NCBI GenBank assembly: GCA_963804165.1 | Contig: CAWDPO010000046.1 | Coordinates: forward strand, 128,001 to 192,000 | Reading direction: 5' to 3' | DNA length: 64,000 nucleotides | Source of the DNA: an uncultured delta proteobacterium | GTDB taxonomy: Bacteria; Desulfobacterota; Binatia; UBA9968 | Shown: positions 38,673 through 48,012 of the stretch, piece after piece | Numbering within the stretch: position 1 is the first letter of the stretch | Layout of the letters: the number at the start of each line of letters is the position of its first letter | Notes under the pieces: model-generated | The model's input: the letters and a program-made list of their open reading frames with translations, nothing else | Told to the model about the DNA's origin: nothing | Database searches by the model: none | Translations under genes and position numbers: made by a program

Positions 38673-41367
38673 ATGGCACAGAAGTACGTGGACAGTTTCG
38701 GCGCTCGTCAAGCGCTTAAGGTTGACGGCGAGAGCTACGATATTTTTCGGCTCGATCAATTGGAAAAGGCCGGGTTCAAAAACATCTCGCGTTTACCGGT
38801 CTCCCTAAAAGTTCTGCTGGAAAATTTGCTCCGCCAGGAAGATAATCATCACGTCGACAAAGCCGATATCGCGGCGCTAGCCAACTGGGATCCGCAGGCG
38901 AAGCCGCACAAAGAGATCGCCTTCATGCCGGCGCGCGTGCTGATGCAAGACTTGACGGGCGTCCCTGCGGTGGTTGACTTGGCGGCGATGCGCGAAGCGA
39001 TGAAACAGCTTGGCGGTGATCCCAAGAAAATCAATCCGCTTGCGCCGGTGGACCTGGTGATCGACCACTCCGTGCAGGTCGATTTCTTCGGTTCCGCGGA
39101 CGCGTTCTCCAAGAATTCCGAGATCGAATTCGAGCGTAACATCGAGCGTTACGCTTTTTTGCGGTGGGGACAGACCGCCTTCGATAATTTCCGGCTCATT
39201 CCACCGGACACCGGGATCTGCCATCAGGTCAATCTCGAGTATCTCGCGCCGGTGGTTTTTCGCGCGAAAAAAGACGGCGCCCATTTCGCTTATCCCGACA
39301 CGGTGGTCGGCACCGATTCGCATACGACAATGATCAACGGTCTGGGCGTCGTCGGCTGGGGCGTCGGCGGGATCGAAGCGGAAGCGGCGCTGCTCGGGCA
39401 ACCGATCATCATGCTGGCGCCGGAAGTCATCGGCTTTAGACTCCATGGCAGGTTGCCTGAGGGAGCGACGGCGACAGATCTCGTGCTCACCGTGGTGCAG
39501 ATGTTGCGGAAGAAAGGCGTCGTGGAAAAATTCGTCGAGTTCTACGGCCCGGGACTTTCCAGCTTGAGCCTGGCCGACCGCGCGACGATCGGCAACATGG
39601 GCCCCGAGTACGGCGCGACCGTCGGTTACTTTCCGGTGGACGCCGAGACCTTGCGCTACTTGGACCTCACCGGTCGCGACCCGCACCTGATCCAACTCGT
39701 CGAGGCCTATGCCAAAGAGCAAGGAATGTTTCGCACCGATGCGTCGCCCGATCCGATGTTCAGCGACACGCTGGAACTCGATCTCGGGAGCGTGGTGCCC
39801 AGCTTGGCCGGACCGCGACGGCCCCAGGATCGCGTGCCGCTCACAGAAAGCAAGAAAGCATTCAAAGAAGCTCTGCCGTCCTTAATAAAGAGCGGCGACG
39901 TAAACAAAAGCGTCGCTGTGCAAATGAACGGCGATAAGTTCAACTTAACGCACGGGTCGGTCGTGATCTCCGCCATTACAAGCTGCACGAATACGTCAAA
40001 TCCGTCCGTGCTGATCGGCGCCGGCCTTTTGGCTAAGAAAGCCGTCGAGAAGGGATTGACAAGTAAACGTTGGGTGAAAACCAGCTTGGCGCCGGGATCG
40101 AAAGTCGTCACGGAATATTTAAAAGATAGCGGTCTGCTGCCCTACTTGGAAAAAATCGGGTTTCACCTCGTCGGTTACGGCTGCACGACCTGTATCGGCA
40201 ACAGCGGGCCGCTGCCCGAGCCGGTGGTTGCCGCTATCCAAGAAGGCGATCTCGTCGCCGCCGCCGTGCTCTCAGGCAATCGCAATTTCGAAGGGCGCAT
40301 TCACGCCAACGTGCGCGCCAATTATTTAGCTTCGCCACCGCTGGTTGTCGCATACGCGCTGGCGGGCAGCATGGACGTCGACCTGTATAACGACCCGCTC
40401 GGGCACGATCCCGCGGGGAAGCCGGTGTATCTTAAAGATATCTGGCCGTCGCCGCAGGAGGTCAATGAGACCATGCGCAAATCGGTGCGCCAGGAGATGT
40501 TTAAGAAAGAATATGCCCAAGCCACCGAAGGCGACGCGCAATGGAAAAAAATGCCGGTGCCCCAAGGCGAACTGTTCAAATGGGACATGCAGTCGACGTA
40601 CGTGCGCCAGGCGCCGTATTTTGAGGGCATGTCAAAAACTCCCAGCGAGCCCAAACCCATTCATCGGCGCGCGGGTACTGGCGCTGCTCGGCGACTCGGT
40701 GACGACGGATCATATTTCGCCGGCGGGCGCCATCGAGAAAAACGGTCCAGCCGCGCGCTACCTGACCAACAATGACGTGCTGCCCAAAGATTACAACCAG
40801 TACGGCGCGCGCCGCGGCAATCATGAAGTCATGATGCGCGGCACGTTCGCCAATATTCGTCTCAAGAATATGCTGGCTCCGGGGACAGAGGGCGGGGTCA
40901 CCATCCATCTGCCCGACAAGAAGCAAATGTCGATCTACGACGCGGCGATGCAATACCAAAAGGAAGGCACGCCGCTGGTGGTTATCGCGGGCAAAGAGTA
41001 CGGCACCGGTTCGTCGCGCGACTGGGCGGCGAAGGGTCCGCGGCTGCTCGGTATCAAAGCCGCGATTGCCGAAAGCTTCGAGCGAATTCACCGCAGCAAC
41101 TTGATCGGCATGGGCATCGTGCCGCTGGTGTTCAAGCCGGGAGAAAATCTCAAGACACATAATCTGACAGGGTTTGAGAAGTTCGATATTCTCGGCATCG
41201 GTCCGGGGTTGAAGCTGCGCCAAGAACTGACGGTTAAAGCGACGGCCGACGACGGCAAGGTCGCCGAGTTCAAAGTGATTTGCCGCATCGACACACCAGC
41301 GGAGCTGGATTACTATCGGCACGGTGGGATTCTGGAATACGTGTTGCGACAGTTGTTGCAAAACTGA
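38673..41367 (+). CDS. acnA: Aconitate hydratase AcnA, 1-bp frameshift near 40660
   Basis: [44 protein letters not shown] and NRNFEG; then TTDHISPAG and [10 protein letters not shown] in the second ORF. Confidence 0.95.
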
Positions 41368-41376
41368 TTGCAACTA

Positions 41377-41440
41377 AGGTTTCGGTTCCTAGTTTCGAAT
41401 TCCTAGTTGATTAGAAACCAGAAAGACGGCACTAGAATCT
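41377..41440. repeat. Short heptamer-type inverted repeat after acnA; possible terminator
   Basis: GGTTTCGGTTCCTAGTTTCGAATTCCTAG...TAGAAACCAGAAA...ACTAGAA. Confidence 0.4.
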
Positions 41441-41447
41441 TACTGTA

Positions 41448-42362
41448 ATGACGAGAAGAGAAGCGCTGGCGAAATTGGGGAAAACCTCGCTGGCGCTTTT
41501 TTTTGCCGATTCAATTGCCTGCGGCGATGGAACTGCCGCTGAAAGGACCGCAATGGCGACACCGGATTTCATTGGGAAGTTCACGGCTAATAATCCCGGC
41601 ATTATGACGCTGCAAGGAACCAATCAATACATTGTCGGCAAGGAGACCGGCTTGGTCATCGACGTCGCTTTGAGCGAGGATTCCAATATGGACGGTATCA
41701 TCGAGCAAGCCGAGGCGATGGGTGTGAAAAAGATCGAGAAGATCTTACTCACGCATATTCATAACGACCACTGTGGCGGCGCGCTGGCTCTGCGGAAACG
41801 CTGCGGCGCCAAGCTCGGCATTCATCGCTCGCGCAAAGGCTATCTCGGCGGCGAGGACTTTCAATACGACGACAACGACCGGATCTCATTTGGCGAAGGG
41901 GAATTAAACGTCCTGCACACCCCTGGTCACGAATCGGGACATTGCTGCTTCTATGAGTCAAGCGACAAAGTGCTGTTTAGTGGCGATAACATTCTTGGTT
42001 ACGGCACGGCGGTGATTCATCCGCCCGACGGCAATATGACGGATTATCTTAAATCGCTCGAGCGCCTGTTAGGGTTCGACATCAGCTTAATTCTGCCAGG
42101 CCATGGGCCGCTGATCGGCAAGGCCGAAGCGAAGATCCGCGAGTACATCAAGCATCGTCTGGAAAGAGAGCAACAGGTGATCGCTGCGCTACGGAGCGGG
42201 CAAAGCACCATCGGCGATATAACGCAGAAGATCTACGCCGACGTGTCCGCCGCGCTGCAACGGGTGGCGGAATTTTCCGTTCAAGCGCATCTTGAAAAAC
42301 TCATGCGCGAAGGCCGAGTGAAGAAAGAAGACGCGCGCTACCTGCTCGTCAGTGAAAATTAA
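41448..42362 (+). CDS. Metallo-beta-lactamase fold hydrolase (LACTB2-like)
   Basis: NPGIMTLQGTN, THIHNDHCGG, HTPGH, SGD, PGHG and a C-terminal winged helix. Alternative start at 41553. Confidence 0.88.
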   Translation: MTRREALAKLGKTSLALFFADSIACGDGTAAERTAMATPDFIGKFTANNPGIMTLQGTNQYIVGKETGLVIDVALSEDSNMDGIIEQAEAMGVKKIEKILLTHIHNDHCGGALALRKRCGAKLGIHRSRKGYLGGEDFQYDDNDRISFGEGELNVLHTPGHESGHCCFYESSDKVLFSGDNILGYGTAVIHPPDGNMTDYLKSLERLLGFDISLILPGHGPLIGKAEAKIREYIKHRLEREQQVIAALRSGQSTIGDITQKIYADVSAALQRVAEFSVQAHLEKLMREGRVKKEDARYLLVSEN

Positions 42363-43740
42363 CCTGCCGTCGAGCAGACTCGAACCGAACGGCTGGCGCC
42401 TCGGGTTCGATTTCGAGATCCCGCCACGCCTCTTCAGCGAGCTCGGTGAGACGGTCTCCTGACGGGGCTTGCAGCGCCAACACGTTAGAACCGCGCGCTT
42501 GCAGCAGCCACACGCGACCGTCCCGCTGGGTCGCGATTCGGGTGCGGAGTTGTACTTGCCCCAGGGTATCGAAACGCACGCCCTGGCGGCTTTCGAGAAC
42601 CTTGCAGTAAGCCTCGAGAAACTCTTCTGCGCTGGTTTCGTTGCGCCACGAGCTGAACCAGAAAATATAGAACAAGTCATCATTCCGAAACGAGAAAAGC
42701 TGGTCGCCACGCCACGCGCTTGCCGTTTCGGCGGCGGACTTCGGAGCGTATTTGCTTCGCAGCAGCGCGCCGATCAACGATTCGCCGAAGCTTTGCTCGA
42801 CGATCGGCCGATTGTTGAATCGACGGAGCAACGCTGCGGGGAAAAAACGCAGCGGCTGTTCGCGCTGAACAAAATATTTCTCCGGGTGGAGAACTTGCGC
42901 GGTCGTGCTTGGAGGATTGGCATAGAGGCCGTTGACCCCTGGCCAGCCTTTCGCCGCAAACGCCCAATAAACATATTGGCTCCCGTCGCGATACGGGAAG
43001 CTGACTTGCTCACGCAAAAAATCCGGCAGGCGCGCGGCCAACTTGTCAATTTCCGCTGCGACTTGAAGCATGACCCCAAGCTGCGGATCCGAGAGTTTGC
43101 GGTTGTCTGGTCGAGCGGCGCGGCTCACTGCCGTAAGCAGGGCGTCGCCGTCGCCGACCGCGCGGAGCGCCGCGCGACGATCCTCGAACACAGTGGAGTC
43201 GACTCTGTCGCGCCAACTGAACCGTTGTTCTTGCAGCGCCCGCGCAATGGCGACGACGACGGGCAACTCGCGAGCGGTGGCCGGATTGATTTTCTCATAC
43301 GGTGCGCCGAGGCGGTTTGCGTCGGAGGATACGCTGATCGTGCCTTTCGCGTGGTCGTACCTGATCAAGTGAAGTATTTTTTCATATTCCGCCAAAGCGT
43401 TGGTTAGATCGACGTCGTTAGACAACAGGCCGATGCTCTTATACACCCATTCAATTTCCGGGATTGACACCGAGCCGTAATGCTCAGTTGGAGCCATCTG
43501 CGCTGTAATTTTGCTCGCTTGAGCGGCTCCGATTTCGAGTTGCAGTGTCCGATTGAGCGGCAGTTCGCGCCATTCCGCCACGCTCTTGGTCAATTCACCA
43601 AACGCGTCTGGCGAGGGATAAGTTACTGGCTCCGGCGACAAGCAGCCGGCGAGCGCGGCAAAAACAAGCAGCAGTTGGCTCCGTAATTTGATCAAGCGAC
43701 GAAACGTTATTAGGTTTTTTAGCGGATTCCGTTCATCCAC
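42349..43740 (-). CDS. Hypothetical lipoprotein resembling surface zincin-like proteins but lacking HExxH
   Basis: Lipobox LAGC; ALQEQRF, A.RAV.DGDA, FPYRDG, PPSTTAQVLHPEKY and WRGD motifs. Confidence 0.6.
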   Translation of the reverse strand: MDERNPLKNLITFRRLIKLRSQLLLVFAALAGCLSPEPVTYPSPDAFGELTKSVAEWRELPLNRTLQLEIGAAQASKITAQMAPTEHYGSVSIPEIEWVYKSIGLLSNDVDLTNALAEYEKILHLIRYDHAKGTISVSSDANRLGAPYEKINPATARELPVVVAIARALQEQRFSWRDRVDSTVFEDRRAALRAVGDGDALLTAVSRAARPDNRKLSDPQLGVMLQVAAEIDKLAARLPDFLREQVSFPYRDGSQYVYWAFAAKGWPGVNGLYANPPSTTAQVLHPEKYFVQREQPLRFFPAALLRRFNNRPIVEQSFGESLIGALLRSKYAPKSAAETASAWRGDQLFSFRNDDLFYIFWFSSWRNETSAEEFLEAYCKVLESRQGVRFDTLGQVQLRTRIATQRDGRVWLLQARGSNVLALQAPSGDRLTELAEEAWRDLEIEPEAPAVRFESARRQVNFH

Positions 43741-44424
43741 CTATTTCTCCATGATGATGACCGAGTATCCGGCCTGGGTGAGTTGGCGGGCGCGCTCTTC
43801 GGCGTCGGCCCGGCTTGTAAAAGTTCCCAGGCTCACCCGGTAATAGGTGGTATCTTTGGATTGGAGCGGCGTGATGGTCACCTCACTAAATGATTTGGCA
43901 ACACGGTCACGCAGCTGCCGAGCGTTTTCCAACTGGGAAAACGAGCCAAGTTGCAAGGTATAATCAAGCGAAGCGCGCACCGTCTGTATCGGTATTGGGC
44001 TGTCGAGGACATCGACGCGAACCAGCGCCGTGCCGGGCCCCACCATGTTGAGCGCCTGGGCGGCGGCGTAAGAGAGATCGATAATCCGGCCCTTGGCGAA
44101 CGGCCCGCGATCGTTGATCGTGACTTCGGTGGCGCTGCCGGTTTCCGTGTTGGTGACCATGACGCGCGCGCCGAGGGGCAGGGTTTGGTGCGCGGCAGTG
44201 AATTCGTTCTGGTTGTAGATGGTGCCGCTCGCCGTGGCCTTGCCGTGGAATCCAGGACCGTACCACGACGCGATGCCGACTTGACTGACTGGACTTTCGG
44301 GGAGCGGCGGCAGACGTACCTTGCTTGGCGGTATCGAGCAACCAATGACGAATGCGAAGAGCGGAAGTAGATTAATGGCTCTGGCGCGACGGAACTTCGA
44401 GGTAGAGCCGATCAATCTGGACAT
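43741..44424 (-). CDS. rlpA: Septal ring lytic transglycosylase RlpA with SPOR domain
   Basis: GIASWYG, TAAHQTLP and INDRGPF...IIDLS; SPOR YTLQLGSF...YRVSLG; lipobox IGC. Start uncertain. Confidence 0.92.
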   Translation of the reverse strand: MSRLIGSTSKFRRARAINLLPLFAFVIGCSIPPSKVRLPPLPESPVSQVGIASWYGPGFHGKATASGTIYNQNEFTAAHQTLPLGARVMVTNTETGSATEVTINDRGPFAKGRIIDLSYAAAQALNMVGPGTALVRVDVLDSPIPIQTVRASLDYTLQLGSFSQLENARQLRDRVAKSFSEVTITPLQSKDTTYYRVSLGTFTSRADAEERARQLTQAGYSVIIMEK

Positions 44425-44679
44425 GAGCGCGGCCCGATACGTCATTGCCGCCGAATATATCGGAAAGTGCAACGAGAAAAAAGCAATCGTTGCAGAATAG
44501 CTTAGCGCATGACCAATTTATCAACTTGTAAGTGTAATGTTGGCCTTCAACCCCAAGGATGAACGTGACCAGGGGTGAAATCGGACGATCGCGTCGCAGC
44601 TTATCCTTCGGCCCAGCGTGGTTTACGCAGCGTAGGGTTTATGATAGTTTACCAACGATTTTAAAGGGAAGGTTCTTTT

Positions 44680-45426
44680 ATGTCCGGTCATTCTAAGTGG
44701 AGCACGATCAAGCATAAAAAAGCGGCCAAGGATGCTAAGAAGGGCAAGCTTTTCACCAAGTTCATCAAAGAGATCACGGTCGCTGCACGCATGGGTGGCG
44801 GGGATTTGAATTCCAACCCGCGTTTGCGCACCGCGGTGCTGACCGCCCGCGCGCAGAGCATGCCCAACGAAAACATTGAGCGGGCGATCAAGAAGGGAAC
44901 CGGCGAGCTCGAAGGTGTGACCTACGAAGAAATTCAGTACGAAGGTTACGGCCCCGGCGGCGTGGCGATCATCGCGCAGGTTTTGACCGACAACAAAAAT
45001 CGCACGGTCTCCGAGATTCGCCGGATGTTCACCAAGCATGGCGGCAACATGGGTGAGACCGGCTGCGTTTCCTGGATGTTCGACAAGAAGGGATTGATCA
45101 CCGTAGAAAAATCACAAGTCGATGAAGATCGTCTGATGGATGTCGTGCTCGATGCGGGCGCCGAAGACGTGCGCGACGAAGGCGAGATCTTTGAAGTGGT
45201 CACCCGGCCGGAAGATTTCGAAAAGGTGAAAGATCGCCTGGATCAGGAAAAGATCGCCGTTTCGAGCGCGCAGGTGACTCTGGTGCCGAAGAACTCCGTC
45301 GACGTCGATGCCAAAAATGTGGAACAGGTTTTAAAACTCAGCGAAGAATTGGAAGATCACGACGACGTGCAAAGCGTCGCCGCAAACTTTAATATTCCCG
45401 CCGAATTGATGGACAAGGCGAGCTGA
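44680..45426 (+). CDS. yebC: YebC/PmpR family protein
   Basis: [15 protein letters not shown] and TDNKNRT; directly upstream of ruvC. Confidence 0.95.
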   Translation: MSGHSKWSTIKHKKAAKDAKKGKLFTKFIKEITVAARMGGGDLNSNPRLRTAVLTARAQSMPNENIERAIKKGTGELEGVTYEEIQYEGYGPGGVAIIAQVLTDNKNRTVSEIRRMFTKHGGNMGETGCVSWMFDKKGLITVEKSQVDEDRLMDVVLDAGAEDVRDEGEIFEVVTRPEDFEKVKDRLDQEKIAVSSAQVTLVPKNSVDVDAKNVEQVLKLSEELEDHDDVQSVAANFNIPAELMDKAS

Positions 45427-45439
45427 ACCGGTGGCGCCG

Positions 45440-46021
45440 ATGCCAAAGAGCAGCGCCAAACCGCCCAGCGAAATCATCCTCGGCATCGATCCCGGCTCGC
45501 TGGTGACGGGCTGGGGGCTCGTCGAGGTCACAGGCAACCAACTTCATCACATTTCCCACGGAACGATTGTGACCACCACGGCCGTCGGATTGCCGTTGCG
45601 CTTGAATCAGATTCACCGCGGATTGCGCGAAGTCATCGAGCGCTACCGACCTTCGGCCGTGAGCTTGGAGAAGGTATTTTTTTCGCGCAACGTCCAGAGC
45701 GCGCTAAAGCTCGGCCAAGCGCGCGGAGTGGCGTTGCTTGCGACGGCGGAGCGTGAGCTTGGCGTCGCTGAATATTCCGCCGCGGAAGTCAAAGTGGCCG
45801 TGGTGGGTTATGGCCAGGCGACCAAAGAGCAGGTGCAGCGGATGGTAAGTGTGCTGCTCGGTTTGCGTGGCGCGATCCGTGCCGACGCGGCCGATGCGCT
45901 GGCCAGCGCTATTTGCCATGCGCATCGGCGGACGTTCCAAAACCTGGTGATTCGATCGATGAATGGGCGGGTTAAAGCCACCAGCTGGCGTGACTATCTC
46001 GAAACGGCTTCGCGGCGCTGA
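45440..46021 (+). CDS. ruvC: Holliday junction resolvase RuvC
   Basis: ILGIDPG, LEKVFF, LGQARG and DAADALA. Confidence 0.95.
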   Translation: MPKSSAKPPSEIILGIDPGSLVTGWGLVEVTGNQLHHISHGTIVTTTAVGLPLRLNQIHRGLREVIERYRPSAVSLEKVFFSRNVQSALKLGQARGVALLATAERELGVAEYSAAEVKVAVVGYGQATKEQVQRMVSVLLGLRGAIRADAADALASAICHAHRRTFQNLVIRSMNGRVKATSWRDYLETASRR

Positions 46022-46065
46022 GGGCCACGGCGAAGGTCGCTTCCTCATCGCATGCAAATCTTGAC

Positions 46066-46659
46066 GTGATCGCCCAACTTCATGGAACGTTAGCCCAAAA
46101 GATTCCCGGCGAAATCATCGTTGACGTCGGCGGCGTGGGCTATCAGATATTTATCCCCCTCAACGTGTTTTACCAGTTGCCGGAAATCAACGCGCCGGTG
46201 AGCTTGCAGATACACACCCATGTCCGTGAAGATGCGTTGCAGCTTTTTGGTTTTCGCGATTTTACCGAGAAGCAAGTCTTTCTGCTGCTCATCGGTGTCT
46301 CGGGAATCGGTCCGAAACTGGCCATCAATATCTTGTCCGGCATCCCAGCAGAGGAACTGGCTCGCGCGCTACGAGAAGGCGATCAACCGCGGTTGATCGC
46401 TATTCCCGGTGTGGGCCGGAAACTCGCCGAGCGCATGATGGTTGAGCTGAAGGACAAGTTCGCAACCTTAACGCCGATCGGAGCCGAGAGCGTGAAAGCC
46501 GAAGGCACTTCGCAAATGCTGCTGGACGCGGTTTCGGCGCTGGTCAATCTGGGTTATAAAAGACCTGACGCGGAAAAGGTGGTGCGAGAGGTTCTCAAAA
46601 AAGGCGACCATTCATTGGAAAGCGCGTTGAAAGAGAGCCTGAGGCTGCTGAGCCGGTAA
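46066..46659 (+). CDS. ruvA: Holliday junction branch migration protein RuvA
   Basis: DVGGVGY, HVREDA.QLFGF, VSGIGPKLA and ALVNLGY. Confidence 0.95.
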   Translation: MIAQLHGTLAQKIPGEIIVDVGGVGYQIFIPLNVFYQLPEINAPVSLQIHTHVREDALQLFGFRDFTEKQVFLLLIGVSGIGPKLAINILSGIPAEELARALREGDQPRLIAIPGVGRKLAERMMVELKDKFATLTPIGAESVKAEGTSQMLLDAVSALVNLGYKRPDAEKVVREVLKKGDHSLESALKESLRLLSR

Positions 46660-46689
46660 GTTCCGGCGGGCGCGGCGCTGATTTGAATC

Positions 46690-47715
46690 ATGCTCAACGG
46701 AATCAAAATCGACGAAGACTTAACTTTCGAAGTTAACTTGCGGCCGCGCGGGTTCGACGAATACGTCGGCCAAGAACATGTCAAAGAGAATCTCAAGGTC
46801 GCGATCACCGCGGCTCAAGCGCGCCAGGATGTGCTCGATCATATTCTCTTCCACGGCCCGCCGGGATTGGGCAAAACCTCTTTAGCCTATATCATCGCAC
46901 GCGAGATGGGGGTCAACATTAAAGCCACTTCCGGGCCGGTGGTCGAGCGTCCCGGCGACCTCGCCGCGCTCCTGACCAATCTCGAAGAGGGCGATGTTCT
47001 GTTCATCGACGAGATTCATCGTCTGAATCACGTGGTCGAGGAGGTGCTCTATCCGGCGATGGAAGATTATCAGATCGACATCATGGTCGGTCAGGGGCCG
47101 GCTGCACGCTCGATCAAACTGCCGCTCAAGCACTTCACCCTGATCGGCGCGACCACCCGCTCCGGCCTTTTGACTTCGCCGCTGCGCGATCGCTTCGGCC
47201 ATATTCATCGGCTCGACTTCTATGACACCGACGCGCTCTCTAAAATTCTTAAGCGCTCGGCCGCCATTCTTGCCGTTCGGGAGGAGAACGACGGCATCGC
47301 GGAAATCGCATGCCGTTCGCGCGGCACGCCACGCATCGCCAATCGGCTGCTGCGCCGGGTGCGCGACTACGCGCAAGTGAAAGGCGACGGTACGATCACC
47401 AAGCGGCTAACGGATGAAGCGCTCCACATGCTGGAGGTCGACCGGATAGGGCTGGACAAGATGGACACGATGCTGCTCGTGACCTTGATCGATAAATTTG
47501 CCGGCGGTCCGGTCGGCGTGGAGACCTTGGCCGCCGCCATCGGCGAAGAGAAGGATACCATCGAGGACGTTTACGAGCCATTTCTGATTCAGGCTGGTTT
47601 CATTCAAAGAACGCCGCGCGGGCGAGTAGCGACCGCGCTGGCATTTGATCATTTCGGCAGAACACAAAAAAGCTCCGCGGCGAATCATCCGCGAAAACAA
47701 CCGAGTCTGTTTTGA
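46690..47715 (+). CDS. ruvB: Holliday junction DNA helicase RuvB
   Basis: [31 protein letters not shown] and RTPRGR. Confidence 0.97.
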   Translation: MLNGIKIDEDLTFEVNLRPRGFDEYVGQEHVKENLKVAITAAQARQDVLDHILFHGPPGLGKTSLAYIIAREMGVNIKATSGPVVERPGDLAALLTNLEEGDVLFIDEIHRLNHVVEEVLYPAMEDYQIDIMVGQGPAARSIKLPLKHFTLIGATTRSGLLTSPLRDRFGHIHRLDFYDTDALSKILKRSAAILAVREENDGIAEIACRSRGTPRIANRLLRRVRDYAQVKGDGTITKRLTDEALHMLEVDRIGLDKMDTMLLVTLIDKFAGGPVGVETLAAAIGEEKDTIEDVYEPFLIQAGFIQRTPRGRVATALAFDHFGRTQKSSAANHPRKQPSLF

Positions 47716-47762
47716 CCGGGCCGGGTTGCCGGCGCATGATTTCGAGCTGACAGGCGTAGAGA

Positions 47763-47975
47763 ATGGGGGAATTTGGCAAGACGCTGATCTATCTTGGCAT
47801 TCTCTTGGTGATTGTCGGAGTGATTTTTTCGCTGGCGGGCAAGTTGCCCGGGCTGGGAAATTTGCCGGGGGATATTACCATCCAACGGGAGCGCTTCACG
47901 TTCTATTTTCCGCTTACGACATGCATTCTCATCAGCGTGATCATTTCTCTTGTCCTTTATTTTTTTAGAAGGTAG
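47763..47975 (+). CDS. DUF2905 small membrane protein
   Basis: LGNLPGDI...FYFPLTTCILIS. Confidence 0.85.
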   Translation: MGEFGKTLIYLGILLVIVGVIFSLAGKLPGLGNLPGDITIQRERFTFYFPLTTCILISVIISLVLYFFRR

Positions 47976-48012
47976 AATTTTTCAACCGTATTAGCCCTTG
48001 TTCAGGGCGCTT

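Noticed and set aside
40640-40680. acnA split as programmed frameshifting or a two-subunit aconitase
   Set aside because: There is no slippery sequence, removing a single T restores PKPIIGARVL, and similar indels occur in many nearby genes.
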